From positions 1,178,001 to 1,242,000 of the forward strand of contig AP024666.1 in the NCBI GenBank assembly GCA_024346625.1: 64,000 bases of DNA, given 5' to 3'. Under the pieces are notes generated by a model. The model saw only the letters and a list, made by a program, of their open reading frames with translations. It searched no databases and was not told the DNA's origin. Both the position numbers and the translations under genes were made by a program. The DNA comes from Williopsis jadinii. Lineage: Eukaryota. Position 1 is the first letter of the stretch. Every line of letters starts with the position of its first letter. Positions 47,765 to 58,705 of the stretch are shown here, piece by piece.

Positions 47765-47820
47765 CACAAAACGAAACATCAACAACAAAAGAAAAAACAA
47801 ATGTAAACAAATGTAAACAA
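47765..47820 (+). promoter_or_regulatory. MSE core and tandem forkhead (Fkh/Hcm1) sites upstream of NDC80
   Basis: CACAAAA at 47765; GTAAACAA at 47803 and 47813 (10-bp direct repeat). Confidence 0.6.
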
Positions 47821-47942
47821 ACACATACTTCCTATTCCCTTTAGAAACTTCAAAACAAAGACGAAACAGCTTTTTAGAGGACATTCTACACCATTTCTTT
47901 GCCATTTTAGTGTACAGCTGATCTTCTGAACACTCTGCTTAA

Positions 47943-49925
47943 ATGTCACAGGATAACTATTCGTCTAAGAGAGCGAAAATGGACGGTGGACCATTATCCC
48001 AGATTGATCTCAACCAAGTTCAAAACGTCTCTCATATTCCACAGCTGTCGTCCAGTATCAAGAGAAACTCAAATCGTCTATCTGCAAGACAATCTATGAT
48101 TGGGGCTCCAAGAACCAATAATTCAAGTGCCATCCAGAAGAGAACGTCGGGTCCTGGATTGACAGAGATGATGCAACAGAGCGTGTTGAGGTCTGGGAAG
48201 AGAAAGAGCTTGGCTGGTGTCACATCAGTCTCACGTCCAACAAATAGACAATCGTCGTTTGGATTGGGTACCTTGAGTCTCTCCCAGTCCAAAGATCCAA
48301 GGCCCTTACGTGATCGGAACTATCAACAATCTATTCAACAAGACGTCTTTGACTTCTTGTTGAACAACAACTTTGAAACTGAGATGAAGCACTCCTTAAC
48401 TACAAAAACCCTTAGAAACCCCACACAGAAAGATTTTGTATTAATTTTCCAGTTTCTGTACAAGAAAGTTGATCCTGGTTACAGATTTACAAAGAGTATT
48501 GAACATGAAGTTTACTACGTTTTGAAAAATATCAAGTATCCATACTTGGAATCGATCAACAAGTCACAGATCTCTGCTGTTGGTGGTCAGAACTGGCCTG
48601 TGTTCTTGGGTATACTTCATTGGTTAACTGGTTTAATCTCTAAGGCCAGCAAAATCACCTCTCTTTTCGAGTCTACCGATGACTATGAAGGCGTTGATCG
48701 TAATGAAATCGAGTTGGAACGAATCTTTGTGAATTATATCATCAAGTCCTACAACGCATTTTTGAACAATATAGACGAATATTCCGTATTTTATGATGAA
48801 ATGAAAGCTCAATACGAGTCATATACCAAGGATATGGTTTCCAAAACAGAAGAACTTCAGGGGGACAACGATCGATTGAAAAAGACTTACCAAAATCTCA
48901 TTGTTGAATCAGAATCCCTGAATGCTGTTGAGAAAAAATTCGAGGCTCTAGAGAGTGATTTGTTCAAGTTTAAGGCTTATATTAACTCTATGGAGACGAG
49001 AAAGCTGAGATGGGGTTCTGTTCTTGAACAGATAAAGAAAGAAATGGATAACTCGGAAACTGAACTTGCTCGTACAGAAGAGGAGAAGAAACAGATTCAG
49101 AAGCAAATCTCAGACCAAGGTCTGACTCCAAAGGATATTGATAGAATGAACAACGAAAGAGATCGGATATCTAAGGCCATCGACTCTGTAAACCTTAGAT
49201 TGAATGACATATCAAAGATTGTGCACACAAAGGAAATGGAGTCACAACATGTCTATGAACAGTTGTCAAATACTTTGAAACAGTACAATTTTAGTATTTA
49301 TACAATTGCATCCACTTCGCCAGAAATTGATGCATCGAAGTATATTGTCAAGCTGGACAACCTTCTGAGTGAGGAGCGTCTAGGACTTCGTCCAGAGGCT
49401 CTCTTAGATGGTCAAGATCTCAAAACAAGCATTCGCCTCAATCTTCAAAAGCTCAAGAATGACATCAGTGCTCGTATTCATGAGTCACAGGATGAAGCTA
49501 TCAGTCTTCAGGAAAAGATTGACTCCTTGAATGAAACAACTGCTGAAAAATCTGAGAATGTTGAATACTTGAATGCAAAACTATCTACCCTTAAGTTGGA
49601 TTACGAAGAACTCTACGAAAACATGACTAAAGAGGCAACATCTTATCATGCAGAAGTTGAAAGACTCGAGAGCGATCTAAAGCAAATGCATTCCAACTCT
49701 AAACAAAACAAACTCCTCTTGGACCAACATACAAAGACAGTGGACATGCAGTACAAGAAACTGATGAGCGATGTTCAACAAGAAAGAGAACTACTACATT
49801 CAAAGGTTCAGAACTTGATTGATGCGGTCATTACTTTGAAGGTTAACGTCCAAGGTTCGTTGGGTGATTTGGAGAATCTAGTTGTAGATGAGTTGGAAAA
49901 GCAAAGAGCTGAACAGATGGTATGA
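47943..49925 (+). CDS. NDC80: Kinetochore protein Ndc80
   Basis: DPRPLRDRNYQ, PTQKDF, INKSQISAVGG.NWP.FLG.LHWL; long coiled coil. Confidence 0.97.
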   Translation: MSQDNYSSKRAKMDGGPLSQIDLNQVQNVSHIPQLSSSIKRNSNRLSARQSMIGAPRTNNSSAIQKRTSGPGLTEMMQQSVLRSGKRKSLAGVTSVSRPTNRQSSFGLGTLSLSQSKDPRPLRDRNYQQSIQQDVFDFLLNNNFETEMKHSLTTKTLRNPTQKDFVLIFQFLYKKVDPGYRFTKSIEHEVYYVLKNIKYPYLESINKSQISAVGGQNWPVFLGILHWLTGLISKASKITSLFESTDDYEGVDRNEIELERIFVNYIIKSYNAFLNNIDEYSVFYDEMKAQYESYTKDMVSKTEELQGDNDRLKKTYQNLIVESESLNAVEKKFEALESDLFKFKAYINSMETRKLRWGSVLEQIKKEMDNSETELARTEEEKKQIQKQISDQGLTPKDIDRMNNERDRISKAIDSVNLRLNDISKIVHTKEMESQHVYEQLSNTLKQYNFSIYTIASTSPEIDASKYIVKLDNLLSEERLGLRPEALLDGQDLKTSIRLNLQKLKNDISARIHESQDEAISLQEKIDSLNETTAEKSENVEYLNAKLSTLKLDYEELYENMTKEATSYHAEVERLESDLKQMHSNSKQNKLLLDQHTKTVDMQYKKLMSDVQQERELLHSKVQNLIDAVITLKVNVQGSLGDLENLVVDELEKQRAEQMV

Positions 49926-50076
49926 AGGGTTCAAAGTTAAGAGACGTTTTATGCTTTGTCTTCCTTGTTATTACGAATCATACATTATTGTACTATCTCA
50001 AATAACGTTGATAATTAATTAATAAAAGTGTGTTATGTCGTTATATATATCAGACTATACTATATAGTAGTTCGCT

Positions 50077-52539
50077 TCATTTCTTCCCCTTTTTATAGTA
50101 CATCTTTTGGATCAATGGATGATGCTCTTTCAGCTCCTTGTTCTTATTTCCAGTGTATTCCACGTATGCCATATCCTCACCACCAGCTAAAGAGGCCAGT
50201 GATCCAGCAGTTCTCTGTGCTTTAGCCTTCTTCTGGCCAGCAGAACTCTGTTGAGCACGTTTGAGACCATCTTTTCTTGCTATTGAAGAGTTATCAGCAT
50301 CGTCACCAACTTCCAACCCTGCTGCATCTTCATTCTTCAACAACACTTCCTGTAACAGCTCCCTTCTTTCTCTAGCTGAAGCATAAGCAAGGTTCGGCAA
50401 GGTCTCCATTCCGTGAAGATGAGTAATGACTTTGAACGCATAGCCTTGGTCGACTAAGAAAGCCTGTCTCTTAGTGGAATAATACATCTCTTGCGTATCC
50501 TTGGAAACCAGAGAATAAAAGAACGCGTTGAAACCTTCATCATTTCTTCTTTTAGCTCTTAAAATTCTACCCAGACGCTGAGCTTCTTGACGACGAGAAC
50601 CATAGTGCGAAGAAATTTGAATCAGACATGTCGCCTCTGGTAAATCAATTGAAGTGTCACCAACCTTTGAAAGGAAGATTGTGTTCACCTGGTCGTTATA
50701 CTGGAAATTTTGTAGAATGTTCATACGCTCCTGTTGAGGAGTGCCACCGTAGATAAATGGCTTTCCAAGCTTTAGTGCGTACTCTTGAAGGGCATAGACG
50801 TTGTCAGCAAAGACAATGATTTTATCACCACGCTTCTCGTGATAGTGAATCAAGAATTGACAAGCCTGGAACTTGGTAGGGTTCATAATATATAGAAGCA
50901 TTCTCTTTCTTGCACTTTCACGCAGGTACTCTTGATAGAATTCTGATGTCATTGGACACCATACTTCGGCACATTGGACATTTGCAATGTGACCCTTCTG
51001 AGCCAAATCCATCCAATTGGCTTCGTACAATTTTGGTCCAATCAAAAAATTCAAGTCACTAATCTTATCATCTTCTCTAACCAATGTGGCTGTTAATCCA
51101 AGTTTAGCATGAGCAGCAATTGTGGTAACAACTCTTCTAAACATTGCAGCTGGGACAACGTGCACTTCATCCAAAATAATGAACCCCCATTCTCTAGACG
51201 TTAAAAAGTCCATGACTTTCTGAGAATCATGGGATCTGTTTCTAGTGTTTGCAACCATCGAATATGTTGATACAACCAGACCAGCTTCAGTTCTAAACAT
51301 TTCCTTATTGTCCGATGTGAAAACTGCAACATTCTCCGGTTGAATTGTGCACCACTGTAAGAACTGTTGTCTCCATTGCATGACAGACACCGAAGATGTA
51401 CAAAGGACAATGACGGATTTTCTAATAGTACAAGCAGCAGTAATACCCACCAAGGTTTTTCCAGCCCCACATGGCAGCACAATGATACCTGATCTTGCAC
51501 GGCCGTTACCAAACATCTTACTCAGGGACTTCTCCTGGTAAGGTCTGATCTGTGTCGAGGGTTTCAAATCTATATCCAGATCTGGGTTTCTCTGATCGTT
51601 ACGGAAGTCATACTCTTCAAGAACTGGATAGTCAATTTCCTGGCATCTTTTTTTGACAACCTCAACAGAGTCGTTCGATATTTCAAAGGAATGCACTGCA
51701 TCAAAGGCATCATCATCGTCCTCTTCTTCCTGTGCTGCCTTTTCTCCCACAACTGCTGCGTATATATCTTCAACATTGTCAGAGGACTCGCCCGGTTTGG
51801 TACCTGGAATGACCAATCCTCCTTGAGTCGGAGCCTTTGCTGTCGTCAATCCGTTAGACGACGTCAAGTTTGCAGAATCTACTCTCAAGGCACCAATAAC
51901 AGGGTCCTTTAAAAGCATTTGCAATATATCGGCTTGCGGACTTTCAACAAAGTATCTGTTATGTTTCAAAACCAGTTTCACTTTACCGTATGATACTGTT
52001 GCACTCTCAATAAAGTTGATTATGGACTCCGCCACTGGTACCTTGGAGAGTCTGTTTAAGACCGCAATGATATCAGCTGTTTCCAGCCCAACAGAAACTG
52101 CAGCGTATAGCGAATAAGCAGTAATTCTGTACTCATGAATATGACTAGGTCTGCTTACAGGTTCTGCAATAGTCACCAAGAAGTCTTGTGCCTGTTCAGC
52201 CAGCGGGGAGAAACTTTCAAGGATGATTCTACCATCACTTGGTGATATCCACAAGGGTCTCGAAGCATGGTCAGGCTTGAGCTCCAGATAAGAAAAGTCG
52301 TGTCTGTGAAACATCTTTGATACGACATCTGGTACATAACCAACTGGCAAATGAGCCAAATGGTCCATTGATGAAACCTCCTCTGCTACTTTTTCATTAG
52401 GTTTCCTCTTTGCCACTGTTAACGTCTTTGTCTTCTTCGAGCTGCCAAAGAGTGGATCATCAAGATCGTCATCGTATCCACTGGAGTTCGAGGACTCTGA
52501 GAAGTCATCATCTTCATCGTACGTCCGTTTACCTGACAT
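50077..52539 (-). CDS. SSL2: TFIIH XPB helicase
   Basis: [26 protein letters not shown]. Confidence 0.99.
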   Translation of the reverse strand: MSGKRTYDEDDDFSESSNSSGYDDDLDDPLFGSSKKTKTLTVAKRKPNEKVAEEVSSMDHLAHLPVGYVPDVVSKMFHRHDFSYLELKPDHASRPLWISPSDGRIILESFSPLAEQAQDFLVTIAEPVSRPSHIHEYRITAYSLYAAVSVGLETADIIAVLNRLSKVPVAESIINFIESATVSYGKVKLVLKHNRYFVESPQADILQMLLKDPVIGALRVDSANLTSSNGLTTAKAPTQGGLVIPGTKPGESSDNVEDIYAAVVGEKAAQEEEDDDDAFDAVHSFEISNDSVEVVKKRCQEIDYPVLEEYDFRNDQRNPDLDIDLKPSTQIRPYQEKSLSKMFGNGRARSGIIVLPCGAGKTLVGITAACTIRKSVIVLCTSSVSVMQWRQQFLQWCTIQPENVAVFTSDNKEMFRTEAGLVVSTYSMVANTRNRSHDSQKVMDFLTSREWGFIILDEVHVVPAAMFRRVVTTIAAHAKLGLTATLVREDDKISDLNFLIGPKLYEANWMDLAQKGHIANVQCAEVWCPMTSEFYQEYLRESARKRMLLYIMNPTKFQACQFLIHYHEKRGDKIIVFADNVYALQEYALKLGKPFIYGGTPQQERMNILQNFQYNDQVNTIFLSKVGDTSIDLPEATCLIQISSHYGSRRQEAQRLGRILRAKRRNDEGFNAFFYSLVSKDTQEMYYSTKRQAFLVDQGYAFKVITHLHGMETLPNLAYASARERRELLQEVLLKNEDAAGLEVGDDADNSSIARKDGLKRAQQSSAGQKKAKAQRTAGSLASLAGGEDMAYVEYTGNKNKELKEHHPLIQKMYYKKGKK

Positions 52540-52799
52540 CTTGACCAGTCTCCTCCTTGTTCCTGAAGACGTTTTGCGGTTCTAATGAGCCACTTTTATC
52601 ACCATTGCTTACAAAAGTGAAATTTCTTCAAAACATCCACACACCTCATAGCGTTACTACAACAACCAACAAACACCATTTGGCCAGTTCTATATATGGA
52701 TAATATCACAATTATATTCTACTATTGGAAAGTTATACATTCGGTTAATGATTAATGCGAGTACAATAGCAAGAGTGGAATGACGAGGCAATTGGGCTC

Positions 52800-53804
52800 T
52801 CAATCTTTGAATTTGTAGGAACCAGAGGCCATTGTGATGGAACCACCTCTGTATGAACCTCTCTTCATCTTATTCTTGTTCTTTGTAAAATCTTTGCCTC
52901 TAACTTGGGACAATCTCTCGTTGGCCTTCTCACCCCATGTACCAGCTGCACCTTTGTAGGTGTTGTCTGTGAGTGCGTCGCCTTCGAAGGAGATCTTGGA
53001 TCTATCTATTCTGGAGAAATGGTGTCTTTGGCCTGGTTTGAGTTCTGGCTCTGGTGTTGCTGCAATAGAAGTATCGTCGGATGTGATTGACGATGTGGAG
53101 CTCTTGGTGGATTCCTGATTGGTGGTCTTTTGCTTCTTTGCAGTTTGTTTGTCCTCTTCATCTGATGAGTCTGTTTCACTCTCAGATGAGGATGAAGAAG
53201 AGGAATGGGCTCTCTTCTTGGAAGACTCTGCAGCTGTTTCCGCATCTGAAGAATCGGAGGATGAGGATGAAGAAGAAGATTCAGAATCAGAGTCGGAGTC
53301 AGATTCAGAGCTAGAGTCAGAGCTAGAATCAGATTCAGAATCAGAGCTAGAGTCAGAGCTAGAGTCAGAGCTAGAATCAGAATCAGAATCAGAGCTAGAG
53401 TCAGAGCTAGAGTCAGAGCTAGAGTCAGAACTGGACTCAGAACTGGACTCAGAACTGGACTCAGAACTGGACTCAGAACTGGACTCAGAACTGGACTCAG
53501 ATGAGGAGGAACTACCACACTCTTCCTTCTTTGAGTCTTCTTCTTCTCCCTCACTTTCTGAAGATGACTCAGATTCGCTACTAGAACTCGAAGACTCACT
53601 TTCGTCGTCAGCAGATGAATCGCTCTCGTCATCGGATTCCTGAACATCGGATGCCAACTTCTCCTCCAACTTGTCATCGGTATCCTCAATAGTGAGACCT
53701 TTCTTTTGGACAACCTTTTTCAACTTCTTTGCAATGTCGTCGAGGTCATTACGCTTCAAGTATCCTTCGATAAGGGCAAGGACGGTTTCTTTAGGCAATG
53801 GCAT
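52800..53804 (-). CDS. SRP40: Nucleolar Ser-rich Nopp140-like protein
   Basis: Ser/acidic tracts and SRP40_C (WGEKANERLSQVRGKDFTKNKNKMKRGSYRGG). Confidence 0.95.
   Translation of the reverse strand: MPLPKETVLALIEGYLKRNDLDDIAKKLKKVVQKKGLTIEDTDDKLEEKLASDVQESDDESDSSADDESESSSSSSESESSSESEGEEEDSKKEECGSSSSSESSSESSSESSSESSSESSSESSSDSSSDSSSDSSSDSDSDSSSDSSSDSSSDSESDSSSDSSSESDSDSDSESSSSSSSSDSSDAETAAESSKKRAHSSSSSSSESETDSSDEEDKQTAKKQKTTNQESTKSSTSSITSDDTSIAATPEPELKPGQRHHFSRIDRSKISFEGDALTDNTYKGAAGTWGEKANERLSQVRGKDFTKNKNKMKRGSYRGGSITMASGSYKFKD
53281..53500 (-). repeat. 12-nt coding tandem repeats (SSSE/SSSD) in SRP40
   Basis: tcagaactggac and tcagagctagag units repeated. Confidence 0.95.
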
Positions 53805-54048
53805 GGTTCTCGTGTTGTGTTATAAACACTTTTCAAAAGCTTTCGACGGCGATGACCTCTTCGAGCTTCCATCTGAAAAAAAAATTGGCAAAAGATTGAA
53901 AAAAAAAACTTTTTGGTGCCAAAACTTTTTCGGTAAGGAGCAACACGATAAGGAACATCAACTAATTATGTCTTTTGACTACTGTTTACACCGAAGTAGG
54001 CTCCACAAGATTTCGTAATGTGTGTGTATTGTTCACCAAGTCATTAGC

Positions 54049-55140
54049 TTAGATCTTTGACTTCCTTTCAAAGAATTCAGCTGCCAATTTAGAGTAATTT
54101 TCATCGAATAACTCGTTATACTTTTTACGGTCAATCAGTTCAGAAGTTCTCGTATCTGATTTCTCCTTCACATACTTGGTTAGGCTCTTCTGGATGATTT
54201 CAATAATGGCATCTGGATCCTCACAGTTCACTAGATGCTCACCATTCGGCACCTCATAGAATTCACCGTGTTGTAAAGCGTTTCTAACCTCTCCAACACA
54301 AGATTTGGGGGTCCAAGTTGCCCGTTCGCCCGCAACGAACACCACTGGTCGTTCAATCATGGATATGAGTTCTAATCCCCTTGGGAAGATTCGCAGTCCT
54401 GCATGGTAGCAAATCATCTGGATTTGCTTTGTTGTCTTTGTACGAACAGTACCATCTGGGTTTACGATCTTCTCAGAATCGACAAAGTCTCTAAAAACCT
54501 GTGGGTGGAAGTTCCTATAGAAGCTCCTCTGCTTCATGTACTTGTAGTACTCTTGTTCATTGGCAAATTCTGTGCATATCGCACCAGCAACCGCAGGAAG
54601 CATCTTTTTAGCAAATACAACGCTTGCCATTTCATCCCCATGTGTAACCGGTTCAATAGCAATGACGAATTTAAACATGAGCGGAGATATGAGAGTAGAA
54701 TACAATGATTGGAACCCGCCCATGGAGTGGCCAATCACTATGGATTCACCTTGTAATTTGAGACTCTTTGCAACTTGGATCAGGTCATGGGAGCCTTCTC
54801 TCCAGTCGAACTGCCATCCAAGGATACCCTCGTTCTCCAGCGCAGAATCACCATGGTTGACCAGATCCAACGCCACACAGTTTGTGACCTGCCACTTCAG
54901 CTCAGGATTGCTCTGCGAGTACTCAAACAGTTTGTTGATGTGGTACTTCCATACCGCCTTCGTCATCCCAGTACCCGCCATAAAGAACAGGTTCACAGGG
55001 ATCCGAAACTCGTCAACAAGGTGCTTGTTCAACCTGTAGTGCTCAAACACAACCGCCAGCGGCGCGCCCATGGGGATGGTGGAATGCATCATCATCCTTG
55101 GGAACTCAGCCTCCACAACTTTCGTATACTTTTCATACAT
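54049..55140 (-). CDS. LPX1: Peroxisomal alpha/beta hydrolase, Lpx1-like
   Basis: GTGMTK..W, D.VNHGDSA, GHSMGG nucleophile elbow, HLVNCEDP; C-terminal SKI (PTS1-like); adjacent to WHI5 as in S. cerevisiae. Confidence 0.82.
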   Translation of the reverse strand: MYEKYTKVVEAEFPRMMMHSTIPMGAPLAVVFEHYRLNKHLVDEFRIPVNLFFMAGTGMTKAVWKYHINKLFEYSQSNPELKWQVTNCVALDLVNHGDSALENEGILGWQFDWREGSHDLIQVAKSLKLQGESIVIGHSMGGFQSLYSTLISPLMFKFVIAIEPVTHGDEMASVVFAKKMLPAVAGAICTEFANEQEYYKYMKQRSFYRNFHPQVFRDFVDSEKIVNPDGTVRTKTTKQIQMICYHAGLRIFPRGLELISMIERPVVFVAGERATWTPKSCVGEVRNALQHGEFYEVPNGEHLVNCEDPDAIIEIIQKSLTKYVKEKSDTRTSELIDRKKYNELFDENYSKLAAEFFERKSKI

Positions 55141-55801
55141 GGCTCACTCTTACTGCCTTTATCCTACAACCGCACTGCTTAAAGACAGAGAAGGAGTATC
55201 AAGAGAAAATCGCCCGGTATTATAAGCAAATAATCCCCAAACCCGCATTGGGGACCCACCAAGTGACACCAATGTCGTTTATACACGGTGCATATCAATA
55301 CAAACACACCATCAGCACTGGCCACACACACACACACACACCCGATTACGGCAGTTAAACTGAGCGTATTCCTGGTTTTGGCTTGCAGGCTCACCCACTT
55401 TGTGTTTTAAACCCCACGGTTGATTGTGCCTCTTCTCCACACGATAAACAACCGGGGGAAAATAGTCATCAACTTTGTGCGAAAAGGCGTTGGATGCGAG
55501 CGATAAACTCCGCAAATTTCGTTTGGCTTGTGTTATTTTCTGAGGCCTTGCGCAAGCGACTGTAAAAAAGGCTGTCTTTGTCGGTTTGAACCCGTTTGGC
55601 ACTTATCTTCTCCGCAAATTGCCGCCACCTTCAGCTTTGTTACAAATCCAGAGTATATATAAACTACTCGTCGATGATAAGACTTTAACTCATAACCATA
55701 CATTATTAGTAGCTATTAAACCTATACACGTACATCTGGATATTATAATACAAAATTATCTGGGGAAGATCGCTCTTCTTAGTGTTATTCTGGGGGAGAG
55801 C

Positions 55802-56962
55802 TCATGAGGGGGTGCCTGGTGCGCTATCGGTGCGCGCATCAATATCAACCATTGCATCTTCAGGTTCCGTGTCTTCGCTCTCGGTCTGGTAGATGGCGCT
55901 CTCATCCTCATCGCCAAACACCAGCTTCTGTCTCGGTAGTGGACCTCTAGTGAAGCTTGTCGGCGATTGAGCGCTGGACGAGCTCTGGCCATGAGCGCGT
56001 GGTTGGATCTGTGGCTGTGGCTGTAGTTTAACCACGGGGAACTCCAACACTTTTGACGATCTAGGCGATGATAGCGACATTAGTGTCTCTATGGCTTCAG
56101 CCTCCGGACTCTCCTGTGATGATCGTACACGGTTGGGTGAAGACGCATTCGATGGACTTATTGGCACAATCCTCAGCGCGTTATGGAAATTTCTTCTCTT
56201 TGGTGAGCCACTCTTGGAAATGGCATGCAAAAATGCGGCACTTGCAGAGCCACCAGCGTCTAGAGGTTCCATGGACTTACGATGCTCCCTCGAACCCTTC
56301 CGTGGTGACAGTAAAATGTTACTCCTCGTGGGCTTCGTAACCTTCGTGGGACTCTTCAACAGTGCAGATTTGTTGACAGTAAGATGTGCTTGATCGTCAT
56401 TTGAGCTTCCTTCTGCAAAGTTCTTCTCCAGCTCATCCAAAGACTGGTCGGTCCATCCGTTGGAGAATTTCACCATCGCGTAGTTAAGCCATGTGCGAAG
56501 TTTGTTCGTTATTTGTCTAATCGGTGGTCTACTCCCATCCTCGTCATCGTGAGCGTTAGATGGTGACCTTAACGGAGTCTCTCCATGTGCATCATCATGT
56601 AATAATTTCGTCATAGGAGTCATCGGGATGTTGCCGAGTCTTGTCATGCTATCTGAACGTTTATGCGTATTTGTCGATGGTGTCATTGGCGGTAACACAA
56701 TACGCGCTTCATGCGTATAGCTAGATGAATGAGAACCACGTCTCTGCGTGATATCCTCCGGGCTATGATTTGTTGAAGATGCTGTGTTCCGCGGTGGTGT
56801 CGAGGGTGTTAACCTCTCATCCTTGGGCGTAGCATCCGTCTGTGTGTGTGAGCTTGTCTTAGGGGGCGACGTGGATGGCGATGCCGGGTTCAGCAGTTGC
56901 TGATACGATAAAACTTTAGTCTTTGTCATCTGTGGCGACTTCAATCCTTCTGAATCGCTCAT
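55802..56962 (-). CDS. WHI5: G1/S transcriptional repressor Whi5 family, 386 aa
   Basis: GTB motif LRTWLNYAMVKFSNGWTDQSLDELE, many S/T-P CDK sites, AIETLMSLSSP; Hcm1-like TTGTTTAT at 57112. Confidence 0.85.
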   Translation of the reverse strand: MSDSEGLKSPQMTKTKVLSYQQLLNPASPSTSPPKTSSHTQTDATPKDERLTPSTPPRNTASSTNHSPEDITQRRGSHSSSYTHEARIVLPPMTPSTNTHKRSDSMTRLGNIPMTPMTKLLHDDAHGETPLRSPSNAHDDEDGSRPPIRQITNKLRTWLNYAMVKFSNGWTDQSLDELEKNFAEGSSNDDQAHLTVNKSALLKSPTKVTKPTRSNILLSPRKGSREHRKSMEPLDAGGSASAAFLHAISKSGSPKRRNFHNALRIVPISPSNASSPNRVRSSQESPEAEAIETLMSLSSPRSSKVLEFPVVKLQPQPQIQPRAHGQSSSSAQSPTSFTRGPLPRQKLVFGDEDESAIYQTESEDTEPEDAMVDIDARTDSAPGTPS

Positions 56963-58705
56963 ACGGTCCTTGGAGAGCACCTTTCTTGCTATCTAGACAG
57001 ACTCTTCGAGCTTGTCTATATTCAGAGTTATAAAGAAATGAGGAAATTGTGATGAGTAACAAACCGGTTGTTTTGTTTTGTTTTTCTCCCCTTCCTTTTT
57101 TCCCCTTAGGATTGTTTATAATTGTGGGAAATGCGTCAAAAAAAGGCCTCTGTTCGGTGCTGTGACAACCTGAAAGGAACAAACACAGAAGGAGAGCAGG
57201 AAAAAAAAAGAAAGAAAAAAAAAACTTCGGGAAATTTACGCAGCTGCGTCGTGTATGGTCTGTGTAACTTTGTATCAACCCGGAATTGTGTGCTGCTCCG
57301 TCCTGACACCTTGGATGACAAGTCAACAAGTGATTGTAGAAGAAATAGGGCAGTATGTTCAGATATAGTAACTACCCATTATATGGCTGCTCTACTCTAC
57401 TTATATACATTGTTTGGCTTTTGTTTGATAATTTCACACATCAATTTCACCCTTGAGTGTGCTATAATTTTCAGAAGACCGAAGCGGCGCGGGAAAGGTT
57501 TAATTTCTTTCATGCCTTCTTGCTTGAGTCCTTTTTTGCCTCACCCGCCTCATTGGCTGGCTGGTGTACTGTTACTGTACAGGATATATAACGCAGGTCA
57601 AAAAAGGACATCCAACCACGGCAAAGGTTGATGTAATAAATATTCGAGGGCTGTAGTAACGGTACCATACTAGCTTTGGAATCAAGCTGGTTGCTGGCAA
57701 ACATGAATGCTTGGAGTTGGGCCGTTAATGTTAAGATCGCATCAATGGGTCACTGCGGAAACAGATGAGATGCGGAGTGAAGCACAATAGAGAGATGAAA
57801 GTAAATTTAACGGGTCCGATCCTTGACCGTTGTCATTGTTTTTCAGCACTCGATGTAGAATGGCACCCTTGATCGGATAATGGGGCAGAATGAATGGCAA
57901 ACTTTGCACCCTTTCAAGGGTTCCAACCTCTAAATTCCGGCTCCAGACCTCTTGAGCACCGACCTCTCCTATTGGGAGTGAAACGTGGATCTCTTGATCA
58001 TTGAACTCATGTGAGAGATTGTAAAAAGCACGCATGTAAACTCAGCGAAGGGGGGATCTGTTTGGTGAACCGTTACAGCGGTCTGTTGATCTCTGCTGGG
58101 TGTTTCCTGTATTTGCCTCTCTGCTATTTCTTAACAACTGACTCATTTTTAGGTTTACGGTTCAACATCTAAGCGAGATGTTGCTATGGTAACAGTGTAG
58201 AATTTAAGGTTGGATATAGCCAATCATCGATAAATCTCTTGGTAACTACGGATGTGCTCCTAAAATGCTGAACTACATGTGACGTGAATTAAGTACATCT
58301 ATGCGGAATAATAAGAACAGAAGGAAAACGGATTTCAACCATCAATCAAACTATTCAACTTCTGAAACAGCTCAAAAGGGGTACGCTAGTTTCACACAGA
58401 GAGAGGGGCCTGGTTTTAACGGTTCTCTACTTATTGTTGTTGAATGTTTAGAACTTAGTCTCAGACGATGCGCGTTGTGTATGCAGAGTTTATTCAAGTG
58501 CGTCAATGTCGCACCAGATTTTCCATATACACCATACGAAAGTGATTGAATCAAACCCATGTTGATCTATAATACTGACTCAGCGATCAAATTTGTAATA
58601 AGCTGATGTTAGCTCGGCCATATTGAATGATCCTTTGAATTCACTTGTAAATTTTTCTTCAGTAAAGCAATGGATTTTGAAACCTGATCGTCCCTGACTT
58701 GGGCA

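Noticed and set aside
53006..53713. ORFs with ESELESEL or LSPVLSPV repeats
   Set aside because: Antisense and alternate-frame shadows of the SRP40 12-nt repeats.
55323..55341. (CA)n tract; also (GTT)n near 13802, (AATAT)n near 16552 and a G-run near 41172
   Set aside because: Ordinary microsatellites.
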